A DNA stretch of 64,000 nucleotides from Octopus vulgaris (GCA_951406725.2 OX597821.1:7502001-7566000); one strand, 5' to 3'. Shown: positions 13,220 to 26,247, numbered from the stretch's first letter. Numbers and translations: made by a program. The notes: generated by a model not told the origin, from the sequence alone.

Positions 13220-14022
13220 CATCAACATTCCTAAGACATTTTACACTTGTCTATTCTTAAAACGCACACACACACCCACACACCCACGATTTCTGCATGT
13301 CTGTCTGGAAATGGTCCTGGCAGTGGTTTTTGTGATTTGTTGTCTGTTATTTGTCAAACCTCACTTCTGCCCCAACCCAACCTATCACACAGAGTTCCAT
13401 TTTACTAACTTTACTTGTATCACATGCAGACATGACAAAGATATTATTTTCCATGAATTTTTACCCCACCTTCACTCACTCTCACCATATATATATGTGT
13501 GTGTGTGTGTGTGTCTGTGTGTCACTTTAACTTTTCTCTCACCCCTCCTTAATTCTTCTATCCTTCTGCCTCTACCTCTCTCTCTCTTCTCTCCCCACGT
13601 GACTGGTGTTTGGCCAGGTTGGACTACTGTCAGTACAACATCTATATTGCTCCCTGTACCTGCCAAATCTTATGTCCCTGCCATAAGGCTTTACTTCCAC
13701 ACACGCCAGCTTAATTTAATTCATCCTTAGTCGAAAGACACCTGTTGTTATGTCCTGGTATTTGTATTTGTGTAACATTTCTCTGCTTTTTTTTTCCATA
13801 CTTGTTTTTGTATACATTCGCTTCTTTCTTCCAACGAATGTAATGCTCTTAGCGTATTTTTTCCTTGGGGCTGGCCAGATTGGAGCAATCTCAAGTATAA
13901 CCAGCCGAAATTGCAAAGATAATCTGGAACTCAACTGAGGATAGAAAACTCTGAATGATCCGTCCTTGTTTTCCTTGTATCATCTGTCTGGATATTTCGC
14001 GTTCTTGTCCCATTTTTGTATT

Positions 14023-14055
<33 letters not shown>

Positions 14056-14056
14056 T

Positions 14057-14448
14057 AAGCAAAGTATCTAGTTAGAAAATATCTACAAGTGATGGAAGTA
14101 GTAACAACACTGAGAAGCAATGTTCATCACCACATCAACATGTCTGTTCCATAGGAATCGACATTACTACATTTTTTAACTCCAGGAGGAGCCTCCTCCA
14201 GCTGGTCATTGATACAATGTGTGCCTGATACACATTGAAAACAGGGGAGCGAACCCACAACATCTTCCAGACTGTACAGTTTCAAGCTATTTGTGCTCAT
14301 CATCGGTGGTGAACACCTGTCCGCTAGAGATAGCAGTAATTTGCTCCAGCTCGCAATATATAGAAAACCAAGCAACAATCAGCCACTGAGACTGCAACAA
14401 GCAAAACAGGTAGTTAGGAAATCTCTACAAGAGATGAAAGCAATATCA
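14057..14448 (-). mobile_element. Penelope-pLTR / non-LTR retrozyme-like monomer (342-bp period)
   Basis: A 50-nt direct repeat starts at 14057 and 14399 (39/50 identical) and encloses a hammerhead motif. Confidence 0.5.
14267..14309 (-). ncRNA. Type I hammerhead ribozyme motif (U4C core variant)
   Basis: Minus strand: cca-CCGATGA-t-gagc(acaaata)gctt-GAAA-ctgtacag-TC-tgg. Three stems, palindromic stem III and a GUC site. Confidence 0.65.
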
Positions 14449-14608
14449 GGTGCAGGAGTGGCTGTGTGGTAAGTAGCTTGCTTACCAGCCACATGGTTCC
14501 GGGTTCAGTCCCACTGCGTTGCACCATGGGCAAGTGTCTTCTACTATAGCCTCGGGCTGACCAAAGCCTTGTGAGTGGATTTGGTAGACGGAAACTGAAA
14601 GAAGCCTG

Positions 14609-14667
<59 letters not shown>

Positions 14668-14890
14668 TGTGTGTGTATATGTTTGTGTGACTGTGTTTGT
14701 CTCCCTAGTATTGCTTGACAACCGATGCTGGTGTGTTTACATCCCCGTAACTTAGCTGTTCGGCAAAAGAGACCAATAGAATAAGTGCTAGACTTACAAC
14801 GAATAAGTCCTGTGGTCGACTTGCTCAACTAAAGGCGGTGCTCCAGCATGGCCACAGTCAAATGACTGAAACAAGTAAAAGAGTAAAGAG
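14449..14890 (+). mobile_element. Full-length SINE family 1 (tRNA-derived, with internal TA/TG microsatellite)
   Basis: Head ggtgcaggagtggctgtgtggtaag (A box) and gggttcagtcc (B box). A central microsatellite is followed by the 3' end gtcaaatgactgaaacaagtaaaagag. More than 15 copies occur in the window. Confidence 0.9.
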
Positions 14891-14894
14891 AGTA

Positions 14895-15010
<116 letters not shown>

Positions 15011-15882
15011 AGTGTTTTAAAGTCAGAAAAATTGTCGCTCATATATTTGTCAATAGCATGAGTCCATTAATCATAGATCCATTATATAAATGGATTTCAG
15101 CCAATCTGTGGTGAGTCTTTGAAAGATTATGTAGAGTGTTCTGCTTGGGGTAGCAGCTCTAAGGCACAATTTGCAAGAGAAGGGGAGGGAGTTAAATGAT
15201 GATAATGATGTGTGTGTGTAATGGAATCGCCTGTCAAAGATGATGTATGAGTGTTCACTTTTTGCTGAACAGCCTGCACAAATGTTTCGTTTTTGGTGGT
15301 CAAATATTTGTGCTGTACATTAGGGTTAGGGGTTAGCTGACTCCCTCCATCAAATTGATGTTAACTGAACAGGTGCATGGTGTATCACACATCAGGTGTT
15401 GATGTGATCGTAAAGCAACATGAGATGAAGTGTTTCACTCACGAACACAACACCATTCAGCGGTCCAAGAATTGAAACCACAATCTCATGATCATGAGGG
15501 CAACACCCTAACCACTAATCCATGCACCGTTACACACACACACACAACGTCATCATCATCATCATCATTTAACTTTCCTTTTCTATGCTGGCATGGGTTG
15601 ACTGGTTCAATGTGAAGTGACATGCCAGAGAGCTGTGCCAAACTCCAGTGTCTACTTTGTCATGGTTTCTACAGTTTTATGCCCTTCCTAATGCCAATCA
15701 CTTCACAAACTGTACTGGGTGCTTTTTTTTTTTTTTTTTTTGCCATATGCACCAACACTGGTAAGGTCACCAAGTCCCCATAATACAAGAACCCCTCAGT
15801 TGAGTGAGATATCATGTTGAGGGACATAAAATCATGATAGAAGGACAGGAGCAAGTGTCTCAGTATCTCATTCAAATATACA

Positions 15883-16112
15883 CAAAGGGGTGCTGAAAAG
15901 TTCCTGGCTTGAAGAGTGTCGCGAAAGGCCTGGTTGGAGACCCAACCTTCCGAGTTCTTTTGCAGGGCTTAGAAAAACTGAAGGACCACTGCAATGAGTA
16001 TGTGAATCTGAAACAGGAACATGTTGAACTAAATCATAATTAACTGATCCTCCCATCTTTTACCCAACATCAGGAACTTTTCAGTACCCTCTCATATATA
16101 TATGTATGTATC

Positions 16113-16169
<57 letters not shown>

Positions 16170-16387
16170 ACAAGGAGGTACTGAAAAGTCCCTGTCTTTA
16201 AGGGTATCATGAAAGGCCTGGCTGGAGGGCCAACTTTCTAAGTTCTTTTGCAGGGCTTAGAAAAACTGAAGGACCACTGCAATATGTGTGTGAATCTGAA
16301 AGGAGAATATGTTGAATAAAATCATAATCAACTGACCCTCCTGTATTTTCTTTTATCCAAAGCCAGGAACTTTTCAGTACCCTCTTG
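15883..16387 (+). mobile_element. Two adjacent ~210-bp mariner-derived MITEs (15883-16094, 16171-16387)
   Basis: TIRs (g/a)ggggt(g/a)ctgaaaagt.../...acttttcagtaccc. The second copy has TA flanks. The body keeps a transposase C-terminal relic (KLKDHCN.CVNLKGEYVE*). Confidence 0.75.
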
Positions 16388-16667
16388 TATGCTTTTACCA
16401 CTTTTCATAGATATATAGTTTTCATTAATTTTTGTTTTTTAGATACCAACTCATACATTTTAACATTTTGTGCCATTCACCCCCCCCCCTTAAATAACTG
16501 TTTCTAGGACTACTAGCATCATTTGTGCCTGATCTACCCTGGAAACATGTCTGGCTCTGAGGAAGGGTTGGTGTCAAGAAGGTCTTCATCGAACTAAAGA
16601 AAATCTCCCTCAATGAATTATGTCCAATCCTTGCAGGTGTGGAAAAGTGGAGATTAAATAATAAGGA

Positions 16668-16707
<40 letters not shown>

Positions 16708-17896
16708 TCTGCATATTTATAATCATGGGTGTGTGATTATGCACATTATATTCAACTAAATTTGATTAGAATTTCTCTCATTAGACATCAATTAATTATT
16801 TTGTTTGTATATTAACAGTTTGTACACATCTTAAATTTTGTTGATTTTTTTTCTTTTTCTTTTTTTTTTTCTTTCAACTAATTGCGTGTCAAATTGAACG
16901 TCATAAATAAATTGCCTCTGCTTATTAGCACACTCTTTCTCCACTTAAGTGTGACAGTTGAGACAGCAATTCTATAACACTTGTTCAATGTTATAAATAA
17001 ATAACTTACAACTTCTCTGATGCTGATTGGATCATTTTATCACATGTAACATGTATTGCCATCTTAGGGCATTTGCATACTGGACAGTTGCTTGTGGGGA
17101 CACCACAGATGTATGGGCCCCAGAGTGAAGGTGTGTGGCTTAGTGGCTAGGGGGTTGGACTCCTGATCCTAAGATTGTGGTTTTGATTTCTGGACCAGGG
17201 TATGTGATGCTTCTGGAGCAAAACACTTCATTTCATGTTATTCCAATCCACTCAGCTGGCGAAATGAGTAATTCTGTGACAGACTGAAGTCCCATCCAAG
17301 TGGGGGAATATACACACCATGGAAACCCCTGAAACTGGCCCTTATGAGTCTAGATGACTCAGGAAGGAGCTTTACTACTATGGTCCCCAGGGCCAGACTA
17401 TGTGGTGGTTGGTTCCTGGTTCATTGCTTTGTCAAAGGGTCTCTAACACTGCTGAGATGGACCTGGTAGTATGGTGGTTGCCAAGGTGACAGGGTGAAGG
17501 TTACAAGAACTGATTCAAGCCAGCCTATGATCAGAAGTGTTCCACCCATGACCATCCAATAATTTTCTCAGGCAATGTGCATCTGGGATTATGTTGTTCA
17601 TTATGTGCTTCTTTTTTTTTTTATTGTAAGACTATAGGGTGTATGGTTTGAGGGAAATATTAGCTACTATTTCTGGTAGTTCAGGAGACCACTTAGGGGA
17701 TCTATAACGTGTGTTGTTTTTGTTGTTGGTTGTGGTGGTGGTGGTAGAGGTGCTGGTGGTATTGTTATTTAACCTTATAGTCAATACTGAGAAACACATC
17801 TATGATTAAAGACATTCCAACTGTGACCATCTTTTCATTCTAAGGATATCTTGGACTCCATACTCTCATGTGATTTTCCCTGTTAATTTATTTATA

Positions 17897-18094
17897 TTTT
17901 ACTCTTTTACTTTTTTCAGTCATTTGACTGCGGCCATGCTGGAGCACCGTCTTTAGTCGAGCAAATCGACCCCGGGACTTATTCTTTGTAAGCCCAGTAC
18001 TTATTCTATCGGTCTCTTTTGCCGAACCGCTAAGTGATGGGGACGTAAACACACCAGCATCGGTTGTCAAGCAATGCTAGGGAGACAAACACAG

Positions 18095-18144
<50 letters not shown>

Positions 18145-18306
18145 GACAGGCTTCTTTCAGTTTCCGTCTACCAAATCCACTCACAAGGCATTGGTCGGCC
18201 CGGGGCTATAGCAGAAGACACTTGCCCAAGATGCCACGCAGTGGGACTGAACCCGGATCCATGTGGTTGGTTAGCAAGCTACTTACCACACAGCCACTCC
18301 TGCGCC
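17897..18306 (-). mobile_element. Full-length SINE family 1
   Basis: High identity to the other family 1 copies. Confidence 0.9.
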
Positions 18307-19029
18307 TGTTTCTTTTTTCTTTCTCTAACGTGGTTGAATGTAACTTAAGAGAAATTTAGTTGCTATTTCTAGAAAATTCTTAATTTATAGTGGTGTTGTT
18401 TTTGCTGCAGTTGCTGTTGTTATAATTTAGCCCTCAATCAGCCCTGATCAAGCAGACTTATGATCACAAGTATTCCATTTATGACCATCCTGTACTTCTC
18501 ATCATCGCAATACACTAAAAATTCCCATTGTTTGATGTACCCTTGTACCCCAACATGGTACCATGTTGTATGAGGTAGATTTAGCTGCTGTATACAATAC
18601 TTTTGAGTGACCATTAATTAGCACCCTCAGTATTGGCGGTAGTGGTGGTGGTGTTTAGGTTGTGTAGGTTTACCTTCCAAAGAGGCTTCGGCTATGACCA
18701 TCACCTCCATCTATGCATTCGGTAATGTATTCTTTATTTAAAACAGTAAGATGATTTTGGAGAGTGATTTTGGCTGCTATGTCTAGCCATTCAATTGACT
18801 GTATAGAGCAGAGAATAGGCATGGACAACCTTTCTTGAGGAACAGGCCACACGAGACAAGGCTCATTATCATTCAGGTCACACAAAAAAAAACTCAAGAT
18901 AATTTTTTTGATAGTATGCCATTCAGAAAGTCTCACAGACTGCAATTTGCCGATGATTAGTGTAGAAGTTCCATCATGGGTTCAATTTACAGATTATACA
19001 TAATTTTCTAACAAAAAAATTGTTAAATT

Positions 19030-19365
19030 CCTCTGCAGGGCACCTTGAGCAAGTGTCTTCCACTATAGTTCCAGGCTGACCAATGCCTTGTGAATGAATC
19101 TGGTGTACAGTGGAAACTGACCTGTGTGGAAGCCTGTCATATTTATGTGCCATGTGTGTTTGTTTTTGTCCCCCGCCCCATCACACCCATTGACAACTGG
19201 TATTGGCTTGTGTATGTGTTGTAACCCAGCAGTTCGGCAAAAGAGACTGATAGACTAAGTACTAGACTTAAAAGACAGGTACTGGGGTCAGTTTGCTTGA
19301 ATGAGCCCTACTATGTGGTGCCCCAACATGGCCACAGTCAAATGACTGAAACAAGTAAAAAGATA
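19030..19365 (+). mobile_element. Older SINE family 1 copy
   Basis: Diverged match to family 1. Confidence 0.7.
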
Positions 19366-19420
19366 AATGCTAACATCTATATTTATATAGATTCTCTCTC
19401 TCTCTCTCACCTGAGTTACC

Positions 19421-19914
19421 AGTGTCGGTGGCACGTAAGAGAACCATCCGAACGTGGCCGTTGCCAGCGCCGCCCCGATTGGTCTCTTGCTGGTGGCACG
19501 TAAAAAGCACCATCTGTTCGTGACCGTTGCCAGTGCTGCCCCGACTGGCCTCGTGCCGGTGGCACGTAAAAAGTACCATCCGTTCGTGGCCGTTGTCAGC
19601 CTCGCCTGGCCCCCATGCCGGTGGCACGTAAAAAGTACCATCCGTTCGTGGCCGTTGTCAGCCTCGCCTGGCCCCCATGCCGGTGGCACGTAAAAAGCAC
19701 CATCCGATCGTGGCCATTGCCATCTTCATCTGGTCTCCGTGCCAGTGGCACGTAAAAAGCACCTACTACACTCATGGAGTGGTTGGCATTAGGAAGAGCA
19801 TCCAGCCGTAGAAACAACTGCCTGGTGCAGCCTTCTGGCTTCCCAGACCCCAGTTGAACCGTCCAACCCATGCCAGCATGGAAAGCGGACGCTAAACGAT
19901 GATGGTGATGATGA
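19421..19914 (+). mobile_element. RTE-type 3' UTR/tail with about 5 internal 62-67-bp repeats
   Basis: Repeated gtggcacgtaaaaag(c/t)accatc motif, followed by the shared tail and (GAT)n. Confidence 0.8.
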
Positions 19915-20529
19915 TATGCCAATCATTTTACACACTGTAAAATGATTGGCATTTTGGAAGGGCATCTAGCTGTAAAAACCTTGTGTGTGTGTTTGTGAGT
20001 GTGTGTATAGATACACACACTCACAAACAATAAATAGACAAAGTGTGATGTCTTTGTATTTAGAGCCATACGAAATATCAGTCCCCTACTTTACAAACCA
20101 GATAAATTAATTAGTCATAGCAAGCATAGGGACTCCCTCTTCTCCTGTTAATAAATATATGACCTTTAGCAACATATAAACTAATTATTCAATCACTTAA
20201 TCAATTTTAAAGTATACACTAGGGCCCTTTTTTTGTCCCCACCCCCATCCCTTGCATTTTTTCTTTTTTTTTTCTCCTAATATTGTTGCTATGACACAGG
20301 CATGCATTTGAGGTGAATCTGGTTACTTTGCAACCATGTGGTTGTTGGTTCAAAATGACAGTGACATCTTGACTAAATGTCTTCTGCCTTGCAAAAGCCT
20401 TTGGTCAACCGAAGTATTGTGAGGGAAATTTAGTTGGTGGAATCTGGGAAAATGCATCAAAACTGTGTGTGTGTAGCCACAGGTGTGGTTGTATGGTAAG
20501 TAGCTTGCTTCCCAACCACCTGTGGTATA

Positions 20530-20918
20530 TATATATATATATATAAAGCTGAAGTTGTCTGTGTATAGCAGGTTTGGCAGCCTTCAACTAACATTATCTC
20601 CTCCGAGACCCTGCAGCGCAAGTTGACCAAAATTGAGAGTATGATAGAAGTCTTGCTCTTCCTTCTGTAGAAAAAAAAATTCAAAGAGGACCATGTTAAG
20701 ACCAAAAAATATTCACATCAAAAAGGTGCTTTTTTTCTATGAAAATCCCTATTTTTTACGATTTTTTTACTGCTGTGTCGCCATTTTTCAGTGTATTTCA
20801 ACCAGAAAAATGTTCACTTAAAGAGAATAAGAAGCTACATAATAAAAATTTTTACTTTTCAAAAATTCCAATTCTAAGGGGTCAAAACAAATCCGAGCAA
20901 CGCTGGGCGATACTGCTA

Positions 20919-20919
<1 letters not shown>
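20530..20919 (+). mobile_element. Non-autonomous Helitron-like element
   Basis: 3' end ccgagcaacgctgggcgatactgCTAG|T with a subterminal hairpin. The same end occurs at 29630-30024 and 31667-32069. The 5' end is blurred by (TA)n. Confidence 0.7.
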
Positions 20920-20957
<38 letters not shown>

Positions 20958-21212
20958 CGTTTTTTATTTCATATATTTTCATTTGTCTTGCTCATTTTTA
21001 CATTTTAGCATTTTGCTTAGATTTTTCTTGAGAACACAATCTTTCGTGGTAATGGCAATTTGATGTCTATGTTTAGCATATTAGGTGTCCATTTTAGTGG
21101 TCAGTCATCTAAATTTTGTATGTAACACAATTTTTAATCTTCAGATTTTTTAAATATGCTAAGCCACTGGTTTTAATTGGTTAATATCAATTTATACCCT
21201 TATTGTTTAATT

Positions 21213-21277
<65 letters not shown>

Positions 21278-21281
21278 TAAA

Positions 21282-21605
21282 AAGACCCCCTTTGGTCATG
21301 AATGGCCATGTGATTGCACCTAGAAAGTTTCCCCTCTGAGGCACAATCTGGGCATGGTTATTTATGGAAGACCAGCAGTCACTCATGCATACCAGCCTCC
21401 CCTCTCCATACCACCGATGTTAACCAAGGGAAAGGCAAAGGCCAATACAGCTTGGCATCAGTGATATCATAACTCAACTTTACAGCTGAGCAATGTAAAA
21501 TAAAGTGTCTTGCTCAAGAATACAACACACAGCCCAGTCCTGGAATTGAACTCACTATCTCATCATTGTATGCCTGATGCTCTAACCACTGAGTCATGCG
21601 CCTTC
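21282..21605 (-). mobile_element. tRNA-derived SINE of another family
   Basis: Minus-strand head has an A box (tgactcagtgg) and a B box (gagttcaattcc). Confidence 0.65.
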
Positions 21606-22920
21606 AATATATATATACATTTGTGTGTGCTTGTGTCTCCTTTTGAAGTTGTGTGGTGGTTGTGAAATGATTGTCATTTTCAAAGCTGTGCCACTCATTT
21701 CCATTGTCCTGTGGGAATATGTCTGGCCATGGGTAAGTATTACCTTGCTTGGAAACAAGGGTTGGTGACAGGAAGGGCATCCAGCTGTAGAAAACCTGCC
21801 TCAGTAAATTCCATCTGACCCATGCAAGCATCAAGAAGTCAATGTTTAGCGGTGAAGATGATGGTCATACAAATCTATGCATGTAGACACACGCATATAT
21901 GATGGCAAGCAAGCCAAAACTTTGAAGTCACTGTCAACATTTTCTGTGTAAAAGTTTATAAATATGTACTCTATTAAAAAGCACTGAGTAATCCTTCAGT
22001 TTAATGTTTAATTATTTATACACACACACACATATATAAATATATTTATATGTGTATATATATATATATATATATTGATGTAGAAGCCAACATTTGTATG
22101 CATGCACACACACATGCACGTATATATATATAGAGAGAGAGACCTAATTAAGATTCAAATAAAAGCCTTGTAGAATGTGCTGCAAAACTCATCCACACTT
22201 ATTAGCTACATATTTCACCAATGTACTAAAGGTGTAAAAATGTGTTGAAACAATTGTAGTGATTTTTAAATATAGAATGTTGTCCATTCCATTTTCTGTC
22301 CTGTATCTATATTATAAAATGAATATGAATACATATATCTCAAATTGTATTACATATGTTTCCATACAATGGTTATTTTATGTGCCCATTTATGTAATAC
22401 ATTATGTAATCACATAACCAGACCATTTCATCAGGCATCTTTGTGCAATTAACAACTTTATTGATCTATGAGAAATTACATTCAGCATTCCAGGAAGAAT
22501 GTTTTACAAAAAGAAAGGTGTTCATAAACATACCAATTGAGGGAGGGAATTAATTTTAAATCCACTCAATTAACTAGCATTCTTGACCAAGATCTATAAC
22601 AGTAGAAAGGATGTTTACAAACAGATTAGGGAGGAGCTAAGTTTACTTTAATATTTGTATGAATACTAGACTAGTGCTGGTACCATGAAATAAGCACCCA
22701 GTACATTCTACAAAGTGGCTGGTATAGGGAGAGGATCTGGCTGTAGAAACCTTGCTAAGTCAGACACTGGAGACCAAAACACCCTTCAGACAAGTCAGAT
22801 CTTGTCAAACCATCTCACCCATACCAGCATGGTACATAGACATTAAATAATGATTGTGGCAATGATGTGATGTGTGTGTGATTAAATACTTCCTACAATA
22901 AAGAAATTCTTCATAAAAAT

Positions 22921-22980
22921 GGCTCTGAGGAAGGTATAAGATTTTTGCACAGTTCCTTATAGTGGAAACAGCTGTAAGCT
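22921..22980 (+). ncRNA. Minimal type I hammerhead ribozyme motif (Penelope-like)
   Basis: ggct-CTGAGGA-ag-gtataag(14 nt)cttata-gtg-GAAA-cagctg-TA-agct. Both core boxes are intact, with a palindromic stem III and a GUA site. The base of stem II pairs poorly. Confidence 0.6.
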
Positions 22981-23141
22981 AATGAGTGATTATATAACTC
23001 CCTTTTTTTTTGTCATTCATCATTTATTAATCAATATAGTCTAGTAAAGTATATATTTTTATGTTGTGCACAAGCCATAAGCAGCTCAGCCCAGAGTAAA
23101 ACTTAAAATGGACTGTCAACTGTTGATATTAGGCATATATA

Positions 23142-24395
23142 TTGGGTCGTCCCATAAATAACGTAGTTTTTTTATACTTATTTTATTTTTCAAAATTAAC
23201 ATACAAAGTTCTTTTTTCATCTAAAATATACTTTCCTTCATTTCCTACAATGCCCCTACATCTAGTAGACTTGCAAGGCCCCTCTTCCAAAATTCACTTG
23301 TCCGTGAATACTGTTCTGACCTCATCCGCAGAATTCATATTTTTTTCTGTCCAAATGATTTTGAAGACTGCAGAATAAATGATAATCAGATGGGGCAATG
23401 TTTGGCGAATATGGTGGGTGGGGAATTGTTTCCCATTCAAACTGCTCCAGCCTTTGAAATGTCACCCTTGCTGTATGTGGCCTAGCATTATTCTGACGGA
23501 GGATCATCCTTTCATCTTAAAAACGACGACAGTCATTTTTCTTCTTGCTCTGACTTAAGCCACTCAAGCTGCTCGCAGTAGATCTCCTTTGTTATTGTTT
23601 TGTCTGGGTTTAAAAGTTCAAAGTGGACTAAACCTTTGATATCCCACCAAACAGATAACAACACCTTACATGGGTGAAAACCTTCTTTAGCCTGAGTTGT
23701 CGGTGTTTCTCCTTTCTCTACTCACTGTCTTTGGCACTTGACATTTTTATAGAGAACCCATTTCTCGTCACCAGTTACTATTCGGTCCATTCGTGAAATG
23801 TGACAGCAAAGAAGAGCACACATTCACTCTCTGTGTGCAATTAGACTTGGAATGTTTGTGAGGAACCCATTGACCCAGTTGGCTGACTATTCCGATGGCT
23901 CGCAGGTATCGAATGGTTGAATGACCAAATCCAAGCTTCTTTCTTACTTCCTCAACTGTTACGATGGGATTTTGTTCTACCAGGGTTTGCAGGATGTGCT
24001 ATTCAAGCTCTACATATCTTCCAGGATGAGATTCACCTGCTAGGCTGTAATTTCCAGCTCAGAATTTCTGGCACAACCATTGACATTGACTTACGCTTAT
24101 TGTCCGATCCCCATATACTGCATTACTGTTCCTCTCACTTGCCATTGTGTTGTTGCCTTTATTGAACTCATAAAGCAAAATATGCTGAATCTGCTCCTTT
24201 GTCACTTCCATTATAGCTTTGAAAAGATAATTGTCAAAATCAAACTGCACTCTTCAAAACTTGCACTAAGAATAAGTAGAAGGTAAAATTACTACCTGCT
24301 TTTAAAGCAAGTTGATGCAGGTAATTTATCCCATCCTCCTCCGACTTTTAATTTATGCAATTGAAAAAAGCCGAATTATTTATGGGATGACCCAG
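23142..24395 (-). mobile_element. Full-length degenerate mariner (DD34D-type) transposon; transposase pseudogene at about 23180-24211
   Basis: TA-flanked TIRs ttgggtcgtcccataaataa / ttatttatgggatgacccag. Frameshifted motifs include MEVTKEQIQHILLYEF, WVPH, IVTGDEKW, NNARPH and HPPYSPNIAPSDYHLF. Confidence 0.93.
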
Positions 24396-24959
24396 TACAT
24401 CCACACACATACACGCCAGCACAAACACATACACATCAGGGTGTCATACAAAGAGTTAGTTGTATGTTTGTGTGTGTGTATCATGTGTTTATGTGTGTAT
24501 ATATATATTTGTGCATTTTGTTGACCTATTCTTTTGTGAACGTTTATAAATTCTGTTAAAAAAACTATTAATTCTCAGCTGTGTGTGCGTGCGTGAATTA
24601 GTGAGCATATGTGTATGTTGGAGTAAAGGAATGTAGAAACTGCTAAAATTTTAGTATTCTTAACATTTATTATAAATTTATGTAATTTCAGAAGCATTTA
24701 TTACATCTCATCATGGTGCGCATATACATATCGCGTGTACATGTGTGTGTGTGTGTATTTGTAAGGGCATGTGTGTATAAGTACATGTGTGTTTATATTG
24801 GTGTGTGCGTGTGTTATAAATGTACTGTTTGTTACATTCATAAATACACTGTTGTACCTAATAAATGATTAAGTTGTATGTATGCATGGATATGTATACA
24901 TGTGTTCATATATGTGTATACGTGTTTATGCATGCTTGTGTGTGTATGTGTGGCCTGTA

Positions 24960-25096
24960 TGTATGTACGTGTTAATATGTATAAGGTGTGTGTTTGTGTG
25001 AATGTAGCCCATCTGTGTGTGTCTGTGTGTATATATATATATATATGTATGTATATATGTATGTATGTATGTATATATGTATGTATGTATATATAT

Positions 25097-25137
<41 letters not shown>

Positions 25138-25153
25138 TATGTATGTATGTATG

Positions 25154-25186
<33 letters not shown>

Positions 25187-25315
25187 ATATATATGTATGT
25201 ATGTATATATATATGTATGTATGTATATATATATATATATATGTATGTATGTGTATATATATATGTATGTATGTATATATATATATATATGTATGTATAT
25301 ATATATATGTATGTA

Positions 25316-25372
<57 letters not shown>

Positions 25373-25471
25373 TTATGTATGTATGTATTTATGTATGTAT
25401 GTATTTATGTATGCATGTATTTATGTATGTATGCATATATTTATATATGTATGCATATATATATATGTATA

Positions 25472-25520
<49 letters not shown>

Positions 25521-25760
25521 ATATATATATGTATGTATGTATTTATGTATGTATGCATATATTTATATATATATGTATATATATGTGTATGTATTTATAT
25601 ATATATGTATGTATATATATGTGTGTGTGTGTATATATATATATGTGTGTGTGTGTATATATATGTATGTGTGTGTGTGTGTATATATATGTGTGTGTAT
25701 ATAGTCCCCTATGTGTATATATGTGGCCTGTATGTATGTGTATGGTACATATGTACGTGG
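24960..25760. repeat. Large compound (TA)n/(TATG)n/(TG)n microsatellite
   Basis: Directly visible in the sequence. Confidence 0.95.
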
Positions 25761-26201
25761 CCTGTTTACTTCTTGTATTTCTTTGTATTGGTCACTGCTA
25801 GATTTATAGACTTATGTCATTTTATTGTATGACTAACACAGTTATTCCTCTCAAGTGGCTTCTTTACCATTCAACAGTCTTCTCTTTTTTAATATACATC
25901 TACCCTTCTCTCCCACCCTCCCTCCTCCCTCTCTCTCTCTCATTTCTCATATTTTATTTATGTAAATATGCTCAACATTAGTTTGGTTCTCTTTCTATTC
26001 CCCCTTTGTTGTTATTGTTGTTCTTGTATAGCCCCGAGTCAGCTCTGACTGAACAGAGGAAAACCTATGATCAAAGACATGTCTTGTTTGTTTTCTTCGT
26101 TTTTTTTTTCTCCTGGCCATTCTCAGCAACATTCTTTTTCTTTTGCTGTTTGTAGACATAATTGCATCAAGAACTGCATTATACAATGTTTTCTTTAAAC
26201 A

Positions 26202-26244
<43 letters not shown>

Positions 26245-26247
<3 letters not shown>

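Noticed and set aside
13860-13950. Possible hammerhead (ggctgg/ccagcc stem followed by GAAA); related sequence at 55995-56065
   Set aside because: There is no CUGANGA in the required position. It is probably a Penelope-type fragment but cannot be supported as a ribozyme.
15320-15337. Interstitial telomere (ttagggttagggg ttag)
   Set aside because: Only 2-3 units, too short to call.
24878-25832. 238-307-aa ORFs rich in Y/I/M/C/V
   Set aside because: These are translations of a TA/TATG microsatellite.
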